Shown: one piece after another, positions 1 to 6,447 of the stretch
Layout: every line of letters starts with the position of its first letter
Numbering within the stretch: the stretch's first letter is position 1
Source: a virus
Length of the DNA stretch: 64,000 nt
Reading direction: 5' to 3' (one strand)
Virus record (IMG/VR): IMGVR_UViG_3300007735_001031
Span: 1 to 64,000 of that record
Translations under genes and position numbers: made by a program
The notes under the pieces: model-generated
The model's database searches: none
Told to the model about the DNA's origin: nothing
The model's input: only the letters and a program-made list of their open reading frames with translations

Positions 1-231
1 TTATTCCTCGGTGAACTCGTATCGTGCAACCTTGCGAATCTTGAGCTGTTGGTAAGCCTCGATATCCTCAGAGGGAACACCACGCCCAAGCAGCCCTTCG
101 TATTCATAGAAGAATTCGTGCTTGGTGAGATTGGTAAAGATTACCTCGCCTCCCAGAGCAAGCACATACCGCTTGGAATTCTCGCAGCTATTCTTTTCCT
201 TCGTACTTCCGCACCAGTAGCAACCGTGCAT
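1..231 (-). CDS. hypothetical early protein (N-terminal CxxC)
   Basis: ORF track; GGAGGT SD within the repeated leader at 233-259; stop at 1-3. Confidence 0.75.
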   Translation of the reverse strand: MHGCYWCGSTKEKNSCENSKRYVLALGGEVIFTNLTKHEFFYEYEGLLGRGVPSEDIEAYQQLKIRKVARYEFTEE

Positions 232-257
232 GATAACCTCCGAGGATTGTTAGGGTT

Positions 258-476
258 TTACTTTCGGCCCATGTCGATGGCTTCCTTGCGGAAACTGAGA
301 GGAGCTTTCGCCCACTCTTTCCCCCACTTGGCAATCTCCTTGTCCAATGCGGGCTTATTCTTTACCATCCACTTCACAAGGTTAGGCTGCGTGGGATCTT
401 TCCGCATAGCAGACCAATACTTGTAGAGCGTTGGGAACTTGTCCTTATCAATCGCAGACATAGGAACCATGCTCAA
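258..476 (-). CDS. hypothetical early protein
   Basis: ORF track; coupled to the upstream ORF. Confidence 0.7.
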   Translation of the reverse strand: MSMVPMSAIDKDKFPTLYKYWSAMRKDPTQPNLVKWMVKNKPALDKEIAKWGKEWAKAPLSFRKEAIDMGRK

Positions 477-655
477 CCTCGCTTGTTGGTTGGGAGTTTA
501 TCCATCACATAGTCAACCACATTCACAAGGACAATCGCTGTCGCCATACGACCGAGAATGTCGAAGGCTTCGGCTTCGATTCCACCCATGCGAAAGGCAT
601 AAACAACTGCGATGAACAGGAAGGCCGCGATAGCACTATTCATTAGTAGATGCAT
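473..655 (-). CDS. small membrane protein (2 hydrophobic segments)
   Basis: ORF track; GGAGGT SD; hydrophobic stretches. Confidence 0.75.
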   Translation of the reverse strand: MHLLMNSAIAAFLFIAVVYAFRMGGIEAEAFDILGRMATAIVLVNVVDYVMDKLPTNKRG

Positions 656-677
656 GGAACCTCCCGAGATTGTTGGA

Positions 678-890
678 TTACTTCCCCTCGACCTTATGCT
701 TGAGGAAGAACACGGTTTTCTTCAACGACACGAACTGCCGAGCAGTCAAGGGGTTTCCCTCCTCGACTTGGAGTTCAAGGGACTTCACAAAGTCCGGCTT
801 GAAGTCAGCCACTTGCGGGCCAAGCTCCTTTGCCTGAGCAATCCACTTCTTATGAACCTCAAGGTACTTCATGCCCTTTTCATTCATCAT
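678..890 (-). CDS. hypothetical early protein
   Basis: ORF track; AGGAGGT SD in repeated leader. Confidence 0.75.
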   Translation of the reverse strand: MMNEKGMKYLEVHKKWIAQAKELGPQVADFKPDFVKSLELQVEEGNPLTARQFVSLKKTVFFLKHKVEGK

Positions 891-935
891 GATAACCTCC
901 TGAGATTGTTAGAGTTATTGTTTCATATTCCTTAG

Positions 936-1007
936 CTCCCCGAGTTGGATTCGAACCAACAACCTGAAAGTTAACAGCTTTCTGCTCTGCCATTGAGCTA
1001 TCGGGGA
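936..1007 (-). tRNA. tRNA-Asn(GTT)
   Basis: TCCCCGA/TCGGGGA acceptor, AAAGCT-GTT-AACTTT anticodon arm, GGTTCGAATCC T-arm. Confidence 0.95.
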
Positions 1008-1011
1008 ATCG

Positions 1012-1095
1012 CTTGTGCCGTCAGGACTTACGGAAACGTGCGAACCATCATCGTTTCCCGCCTAATACCAGTGGGTTATTGGTTGACGGCACAAG
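1012..1095 (-). ncRNA. candidate structured RNA (three-way junction)
   Basis: perfect 12-bp closing stem CTTGTGCCGTCA/TGACGGCACAAG enclosing two hairpins; intergenic. Confidence 0.5.
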
Positions 1096-1114
1096 TACCT
1101 TTGAGATCGGGGAG

Positions 1115-1300
1115 TTAGAACTCAAACCCAATCTTCTTCTTGGTTTTCATCTTGCGCTCTTGTTCAATCATTCTCTGTTTCTCGGCTTCCTTGCGCTTTG
1201 CGTGCTCTGCCAGTGCCACTTGCCATTCCTCGCCCTCTTGCCTAATCAATTCCACCACTTGCTCCAACACCTTGATTCGAAAGTTGAATACCCCATTCAT
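1115..1300 (-). CDS. hypothetical early protein
   Basis: ORF track; GGGAGGT SD. Confidence 0.7.
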   Translation of the reverse strand: MNGVFNFRIKVLEQVVELIRQEGEEWQVALAEHAKRKEAEKQRMIEQERKMKTKKKIGFEF

Positions 1301-1314
1301 TCTAACCTCCCGAA

Positions 1315-1515
1315 TTAGTTGGGTTGTGAGTGCTCAAACAGCAGGTCGCCCGTTTCCCCTTGGATAATGCGGACTCTGCCCTCCATCGCAAGTTGGAGAA
1401 GCGCAAGGCCAACTTCCTGCTGAACAGGATTCGTCTCAGCCTTTACCTCACTTGCGAGTCGGGCGAACAGCGGGTCGTAGTCCAAGTGAAACTGAAGGAG
1501 TTCCATATTCAGCAT
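1315..1515 (-). CDS. hypothetical early protein
   Basis: ORF track; GGAGG SD in repeated leader. Confidence 0.7.
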   Translation of the reverse strand: MLNMELLQFHLDYDPLFARLASEVKAETNPVQQEVGLALLQLAMEGRVRIIQGETGDLLFEHSQPN

Positions 1516-1558
1516 CGTAGCCTCCGAGAATGGTTAGGGTTTGTGATTCAGCTTTCCT

Positions 1559-1642
1559 TTACATATCGAGGACATAGATGGCGATAGCCAAGCCAGCGAT
1601 AACAGGGAGAGCCAGAACAGAGCCGAGCATAACGATCATCAT
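1559..1642 (-). CDS. 27-aa single-pass membrane peptide (MMIVMLGSVLALPVIAGLAIAIYVLDM)
   Basis: manual translation; AGGAG SD upstream. Confidence 0.6.
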   Translation of the reverse strand: MMIVMLGSVLALPVIAGLAIAIYVLDM

Positions 1643-1665
1643 TGGGTTTCTCCTTTCGTTGAAGT

Positions 1666-1731
1666 TCAGTCAGGATGGGCAATTGCGACCATCATAGGAA
1701 ACGCAATCACCACGAACACATACCACGGCAT
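1666..1731 (-). CDS. 21-aa hydrophobic peptide (MPWYVFVVIAFPMMVAIAHPD)
   Basis: manual translation; GGAGGT SD in repeated leader. Confidence 0.55.
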   Translation of the reverse strand: MPWYVFVVIAFPMMVAIAHPD

Positions 1732-1781
1732 CGCAACCTCCGATTATTGTTCGGGTTTCCAGCTTCGACACGCTTTCCTAT

Positions 1782-1877
1782 CCGCTTCCTTTCGCTTATC
1801 CAAGTGCGTGCCGCTCTTGCGGAATCTCATTCCCGCAACGTAGGGATTGCGCTTGGGATCCGCCTTCGTGGAAGCGG
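1782..1877 (-). ncRNA. candidate structured RNA (long interrupted hairpin)
   Basis: nested stems CCGCTTCC/GGAAGCGG, CCAAGCGC/GCACTTGG (one mismatch), TTGCGG/CCGCAA; intergenic. Confidence 0.4.
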
Positions 1878-1889
1878 TAATCTTCTTGC

Positions 1890-2051
1890 TCACTTGCCGC
1901 CTCGCAGATAGTTGTTGAACCGAGCCGAGTAGATCGACGCGGAAAGGTTATTGTGATAGGCACGTTCCGCCAGATAAGCGGAAAGCCACGGATTCTTTGC
2001 GGTCAGCTTCTCGACCAGCTTGAGGTAATCCTTACGCTTCTCGTTCTTCAT
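1890..2051 (-). CDS. 53-aa hypothetical early protein (MKNEKRKDYLKL...)
   Basis: manual translation; GGAGGT SD in repeated leader. Confidence 0.7.
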   Translation of the reverse strand: MKNEKRKDYLKLVEKLTAKNPWLSAYLAERAYHNNLSASIYSARFNNYLRGGK

Positions 2052-2078
2052 GGGGAACCTCCGAAGATTGTTTAGGGT

Positions 2079-2243
2079 TTAGAAGTCGGTGCAATCATAC
2101 GCAAGCCAACGATCTTCACAATCGTCGCAACTGCAGAACTCGTCAGCAGAATTGTAGAACGAAGCATAAGCCTCATCCTCCGCACGGATCTGCTCCATCA
2201 GTTCGATCATAGCAGAATCGTCCATGTTATCAAAGTACTTCAT
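2079..2243 (-). CDS. 54-aa highly acidic early protein
   Basis: manual translation MKYFDNMDDSAMIELMEQIRAEDEAYASFYNSADEFCSCDDCEDRWLAYDCTDF; AGGAGGT SD. Confidence 0.7.
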   Translation of the reverse strand: MKYFDNMDDSAMIELMEQIRAEDEAYASFYNSADEFCSCDDCEDRWLAYDCTDF

Positions 2244-2256
2244 GAAACCTCCTGTT

Positions 2257-2634
2257 TTACTGGTAGAAGCTGAGTTCGCGTTGAAGATCAGCGAGTTCTG
2301 AGTTGAGCTTGGCGATTTCCTCTTTCACTTCAGCGATCTGCTCCATGATCCGTTGTTCTGGCGTCTTGCGACGTTGCAGACGACCGATCCTTTCAAGCGT
2401 GGGGAACGTGGCTTCCAGAGAGCCAAACCACTTCTTGGAATCCCCACTTGCGTTTTGTTCATCGACAACGAAACCGTTGTCCCACCAATAGATCTCGAAA
2501 GCACTGATTCGATCACGGTATTCCATCGGATTGGTGAAACGAGCGCCACCAACAGCAGTTGGCTCAAACGCTTCGTATCCTTGAGCCATTGGGAATACGT
2601 GATTCAGTTGATCGCAAACGTAGTTCTGCTTCAT
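2257..2634 (-). CDS. hypothetical early protein with C-terminal coiled coil
   Basis: ORF track; start moved to MKQNY after AGGAGGT SD. Confidence 0.75.
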   Translation of the reverse strand: MKQNYVCDQLNHVFPMAQGYEAFEPTAVGGARFTNPMEYRDRISAFEIYWWDNGFVVDEQNASGDSKKWFGSLEATFPTLERIGRLQRRKTPEQRIMEQIAEVKEEIAKLNSELADLQRELSFYQ

Positions 2635-2670
2635 TGGAACCTCCTGCAATCATTGAGGGTTTGTAAGTTA

Positions 2671-2745
2671 TGGTGTCCCCAGCGGGAATCGAACCCGCGT
2701 TGCTGGATTGAAAGTCCAGAGTTCTAACCGCTGAACTATAGGGAC
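2671..2745 (-). tRNA. tRNA-Glu(TTC)
   Basis: cloverleaf, CTGGA-CTTTCAA-TCCAG, encoded CCA. Confidence 0.95.
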
Positions 2746-2833
2746 TTGGCGAAGGCTTTGGACTTTGCTCGCTTATAGCCCTCGATAACTGGGCGAGCGC
2801 ACTACGTTTTGAGGCACAACGCAGAAACCTTAG

Positions 2834-2906
2834 TGGATTGAGAGGGGATCGAACCCACGACAAACGGATTAAGAGTCCGCTGCTCTACCAACTGAGCTAT
2901 CAATCC
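2834..2906 (-). tRNA. tRNA-Lys(CTT)
   Basis: cloverleaf, GCGGA-CTCTTAA-TCCGT. Confidence 0.95.
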
Positions 2907-2908
2907 GA

Positions 2909-3049
2909 GGTGTTGGAAGGGCTAACCGCTGCCTTATCGGTGGTCTGCCCTTTCGTGCTCCAACATCACGCCTTATGCTTAGGAAGCCCAACTTGCGGCA
3001 ACCACGCCGCTTCTCATCGTGGAGTTAGCTACCACTATTCAGCGGTTAG
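2909..3049 (-). ncRNA. candidate pseudoknotted RNA
   Basis: crossing helices 2909-2922/2947-2967 and 2922-2931/3040-3049 plus small hairpins. Confidence 0.4.
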
Positions 3050-3065
3050 GCTGAAACGTAAGTCC

Positions 3066-3144
3066 GAGTTGGACGCTTGTGAGGGGCAAGCTCACATTCC
3101 GCAATATTCTTGCGGTCTTGCGCTTAGATGAAAGCGTCCAACTC
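3066..3144 (-). ncRNA. candidate structured RNA abutting the tRNA-Ile 3' end
   Basis: 13-bp closing stem GAGTTGGACGCTT/AAGCGTCCAACTC with two internal hairpins. Confidence 0.5.
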
Positions 3145-3221
3145 TGGTAGGCTTGGGTGGACTTGAACCACCGACCCCCGCTTTATCAGAGCGGTATTCT
3201 AACCAACTGAACTACAAGCCT
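3145..3221 (-). tRNA. tRNA-Ile(GAT)
   Basis: cloverleaf, CCGCT-CTGATAA-AGCGG, encoded CCA. Confidence 0.95.
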
Positions 3222-3224
3222 AAC

Positions 3225-3682
3225 GCTAGTTTCATGAAAGGATGAGCCTTATTCAAACCAGCAAAGTTCAGGCTATCCGCTTGTTTCATAACTTCCTCCG
3301 AGAACAAGCAAACGGCGGGAAGTGCCGGTTCATAATAACCTTTCCCCTATGAACCGGCAAGTTCAGGGAAAGACCGCCTATCTTATCAACAATCCGCATA
3401 CGATGGGCAACTTTGCGAATTGTCAAGGTTGATCTAACGCACAACCATTCCGCCACCTTGAGGATCATGGTTATTCGGTTGCTGCTTTCAATAACTTACA
3501 GGCAGCGAAGCGCAACTGAACTGCCTGCTAAGTGCTGATTGTCTTTTACGATTTCACAAGCAATCGCAACTTGTGGAAAGGGTTAGCTTGACGGTGCGTG
3601 CTAACCGACGCTGTTGCTTCGCGTTTCAGCCGAAGCGGGGAGGCTGCCTTTATTGGGTTGGCAGCAAACCCTATGAAACTGC
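3225..3682 (-). ncRNA. candidate large (~460 nt) ornate structured RNA
   Basis: closing stem AGTTTCAT/ATGAAACT, about ten internal helices, apparent pseudoknots, no credible ORF. Confidence 0.6.
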
Positions 3683-3736
3683 TTCTCTTGCCTACCTCCG
3701 GCAAAGCCTTTGGTATCGCCTCAGCAGCTTCCTTTG

Positions 3737-3831
3737 TGATTCTGTGAGGTTGCGGTTATCAGCAGATTCCCAAGCGGAATCCCGACTTGCCCCTGCTCTG
3801 TTGCAGGCTTCCCCGCAACCCCACAGAATCA
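3737..3831 (-). ncRNA. candidate structured RNA (three-way junction)
   Basis: 19-bp closing stem with one G-U (valid on minus strand), hairpins CCTGC/GCAGG and GATTCC/GGAATC. Confidence 0.5.
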
Positions 3832-3838
3832 TTGGAGA

Positions 3839-4621
3839 CTACGCCTCGACTTCGAGGCTCACATCGTCATCAGTCTCAACGGCTTCCGCCTCGACGCCGA
3901 TCTCGTCGCTGTCGTCGCTCGCGTCCACATCGTCAGCCTCGCCAGTCGAAGCCTCAACGATTTCCGCGAGCTGGTCGCGCTGCTCGGTGAGATCACGAAC
4001 CTGCGAGCGCAGATCCGCAACGACCTTCAGCAGTTCCGCCTTGGTCAGCTTGTCGTCCGACTTGCCGCCGTTGGCAGCGATAGCCGCCGCAGCCTCGGGA
4101 TTCAGGAGCTTACCCGTCGCATCGCACTCGAACGCGAGCTTGACCTTCGACGGACGGCCAATGCCAAACGCTTCCACAGCGTTAGTCTCGGGGTTGATAA
4201 ACGTGCGGGGAGTCTTAGTCTTAGTAGCCATCTTGTTCACCTTCTTGGAGTTAGAAACAACCTTCGTATCATCGCCAGCTTGCACCGTGCGAGCCGCGAT
4301 ACCTTCCACAACCTTACCACCTTCCGCAATCAGCGTCAAGGCGGCATCATTATTCGCAATCCGCAGAACCATACCATACTTGGATTGCACAGGAACCACA
4401 ACGCCACGGTTTCGCAGGTTGGAAACCGCCACTTCTACCTTCACCTTCGCCCGCTCCTCATCCTTGTTGAAGTCCTTGAGAATACGAGCATCCTTCGCAA
4501 CGGCGAGCGTGGAAGCACCGTTGCGCTTTTCGGTCAGCACCGTCAGAACCTTTGCGTACATGGGGAGTTCCGACTTGCTGTAGAGGAAGTCACCGACCTT
4601 GATAGTGTTCGTCATAGTCAT
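3839..4621 (-). CDS. early protein with coiled coil and very acidic C-terminal tail
   Basis: ORF track; true start MTMTNT after GGAGGT SD (track extension runs through tRNA-Arg). Confidence 0.85.
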   Translation of the reverse strand: MTMTNTIKVGDFLYSKSELPMYAKVLTVLTEKRNGASTLAVAKDARILKDFNKDEERAKVKVEVAVSNLRNRGVVVPVQSKYGMVLRIANNDAALTLIAEGGKVVEGIAARTVQAGDDTKVVSNSKKVNKMATKTKTPRTFINPETNAVEAFGIGRPSKVKLAFECDATGKLLNPEAAAAIAANGGKSDDKLTKAELLKVVADLRSQVRDLTEQRDQLAEIVEASTGEADDVDASDDSDEIGVEAEAVETDDDVSLEVEA

Positions 4622-4647
4622 TGGAAACCTCCGTACTTTGTTAGGGT

Positions 4648-4710
4648 TTAGTCGCACCAGAAACTTTCGTCGTAAATCCAAGGACAAAGCTGCCAGTCGA
4701 TCTGAATCAT
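4648..4710 (-). CDS. 20-aa peptide (MIQIDWQLCPWIYDESFWCD)
   Basis: manual translation; full copy of the repeated leader with GGAGGT SD. Confidence 0.5.
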   Translation of the reverse strand: MIQIDWQLCPWIYDESFWCD

Positions 4711-4737
4711 CGGAACCTCCGATTATTGTTAGGGTTT

Positions 4738-4814
4738 TGGCCTGCTTGGTAGGATTCGAACCTACGACCCTGTGCTTAGAAGGCACATGCTCTATCCAAC
4801 TGAGCTACAAGCAG
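4738..4814 (-). tRNA. tRNA-Arg(TCT)
   Basis: cloverleaf, TGTGC-CTTCTAA-GCACA, encoded CCA. Confidence 0.95.
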
Positions 4815-4959
4815 AACGCTCTTTCGAGCAAAGACACCGTGTTTCCGCACCCTTCCGCTCCGCTTCCCTCATCGACTTCACCTTTCAGCGTGCTTTCGCA
4901 TACTTAGGGCTTCACCAGAGTTCCACTTCACTTTCAGGCACTTCCGCACCTTGGTTGCT

Positions 4960-5028
4960 AGTGTAGGGTTCTCGCAGTCTTGCGCCCTGCGGCCACAACC
5001 TATGGCAATTCATAGGCATATCTACACT
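4960..5028 (-). ncRNA. candidate structured RNA (three-way junction)
   Basis: AGTGTAG/CTACACT closing stem; CCTATG/CATAGG and CGCAG/CTGCG hairpins. Confidence 0.4.
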
Positions 5029-5064
5029 CGTTCTTGCAGAAGTCGCTGACTTCGCAACCGCTTT

Positions 5065-5079
5065 CAGTTGTCATAGAGC
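5065..5079 (-). promoter_or_regulatory. boxA-like antitermination element
   Basis: GCTCTATGACAACTG ~45 nt downstream of a -10 box; resembles rrn boxA GCTCTTTAACA. Confidence 0.55.
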
Positions 5080-5122
5080 TACGCATCGAGGCGAACCCGC
5101 TGCGTCGTCGTTCGGTCTGCTC

Positions 5123-5151
5123 AGTATACACCGGGCAGCGTCCCTTGTCAA
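5123..5151 (-). promoter_or_regulatory. sigma70-type promoter
   Basis: TTGACA-17-TATACT. Confidence 0.9.
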
Positions 5152-5244
5152 GCCCCGGAACTACGCGGAATCTTTCGATTCGCTTTCGTTCCGCACACTT
5201 TCAGTTCGGGAGCGAACCGCTTAGGCTCACTCGCTCACCCTGCC

Positions 5245-5273
5245 AGTGTATCAGGCTCCGCGTCCGTTGTCAA
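5245..5273 (-). promoter_or_regulatory. sigma70-type promoter
   Basis: TTGACA-17-TACACT. Confidence 0.85.
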
Positions 5274-5367
5274 GCCCGCTAACTACTCGGATTCACTAGG
5301 AACCCTTTGGCTTCGCTTGGCTTCGAGGTCGGGGGCGAACCGCTCAGGCTCGCCGCTTGACCCCTTC

Positions 5368-5396
5368 ACTATACCGCAGACCGGGGAGGCTGTCAA
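5368..5396 (-). promoter_or_regulatory. sigma70-type promoter
   Basis: TTGACA-17-TATAGT. Confidence 0.85.
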
Positions 5397-5509
5397 GCCC
5401 CCGAACTATCGGGAATCATTCGATTCCCTTTCGGTCTGCTTCGCATCGAGTTCGCAGGCTACTTTCGCAAGCAACACGCGAGGTTCGATCGAACGCGAGG
5501 GAAACTGCC

Positions 5510-5524
5510 CAGTTGTCAAAGAGC
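5510..5524 (-). promoter_or_regulatory. boxA-like antitermination element
   Basis: GCTCTTTGACAACTG ~35 nt downstream of a -10 box. Confidence 0.65.
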
Positions 5525-5559
5525 GGTCGGCTTGGCTTGTCCGCCTCACCAACACCCCT

Positions 5560-5588
5560 ACTATAGCGCCAACCGATCCCCTCGTCAA
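5560..5588 (-). promoter_or_regulatory. sigma70-type promoter
   Basis: TTGACG-17-TATAGT. Confidence 0.8.
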
Positions 5589-5589
5589 T

Positions 5590-6045
5590 AGCTGGAATCA
5601 TTGGCCTTTCCGCTAAGTAGTTGGAATCATTACGAAACTTTCTTTCTTAGTGGTTTCAGCGAGTTGGCGTAAGTCCTTGAAATCGTTTGCCCAGGTGCTC
5701 GTTTTCCTAACCTTTCGCGGGGTTGTGCGTAAGTCCTTGATTTCGCGTTTCGCAAAACGCGAAAATCCAGTGATTCCAAGGGGTTCGAAGCCTACGCGGG
5801 CGTGCGCGGTTAGAAGAACTGTATCACGAATTCGTAGGTCGCCAAGTTTATTGAGGAACGAATTCGTCGGTGTTAAAAAGTTAAAGGTTCTAATAAGTTA
5901 GGAACCTATTGAAACCACTGGAAAAGAGTGCTGCCACATAGCCTCGATGTGGCTACACTTGTTTTCGCGACTCAATACTTTCAGTAAGTTATAGCCCTTT
6001 GAAACCATTGAACTTTGGAAAACTTAATAGTTTCAGTAAGTTTCA
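5590..6045. repeat. non-coding array of IHF-site-like repeats
   Basis: CGTAAGTCCTTGA twice, 60 bp apart (5730-5742 matches WATCAANNNNTTR); TTTCAGTAAGTT twice; other degenerate copies. Confidence 0.55.
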
Positions 6046-6060
6046 AACTATTGAGGAATT

Positions 6061-6447
6061 TTAACATTCATGGATAAGTTCTTTGAAAGATTCCAAACGA
6101 ATAGAATTGAAACGAACATTATTAATCCAAATTCTTGGATCGTCGATTCGGACAACGTCGTATTCGTGGGTGATTCTAACCGAAGGCTCATTACGCAATG
6201 CAAAAGCGATAACAGGATTTTCTCTATCGGTCTTTTTTTGCTTTTTCCCAACTACAATGAATTGCTTGTCCAACCTGTCATTAACATAACACTCAAGGGG
6301 AGCAAAATTATTGGAATCAGGATCCTTGAAGTTGGTAAGCATAGGCTCCAGCTCAACCACATCCCCGATTTCAAAGATCTTGGAATCGAGGACATAATTA
6401 ATATCATCGCGTTTCTCGATATCGATTCTACGGTATAGGGTAGTCAT
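6061..6447 (-). CDS. hypothetical protein
   Basis: ORF track; same strand as neighbours. Confidence 0.65.
   Translation of the reverse strand: MTTLYRRIDIEKRDDINYVLDSKIFEIGDVVELEPMLTNFKDPDSNNFAPLECYVNDRLDKQFIVVGKKQKKTDRENPVIAFALRNEPSVRITHEYDVVRIDDPRIWINNVRFNSIRLESFKELIHEC

Noticed and set aside
3225-3682. RNase P RNA, group I or group II intron
   Set aside because: No GAGGAAAGTCC P4 motif at the 5' end, no group I P7 (R/S) elements and no group II domain V; the 3' GAATAAGGCTCAT only loosely resembles the RNase P end.
3573-4583. 336-aa plus-strand ORF and other long plus-strand ORFs (e.g. 24698, 25551, 28784, 35419)
   Set aside because: These are antisense shadows of well-supported minus-strand genes, with no SD, motifs or plus-strand promoters.
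4622-4786. N-terminal extension of the 315-aa track ORF
   Set aside because: It runs through tRNA-Arg, and a strong SD defines the start at 4621.
1012-5028. Hammerhead ribozymes among the three-way junction elements
   Set aside because: None shows the CUGAnGA...GAAA...UH core in the right junction positions on either strand.
5492-5519. Fifth promoter from TTGACA at 5514-5519
   Set aside because: There is no -10 box at 17-nt spacing; the hexamer is part of the boxA-like motif.
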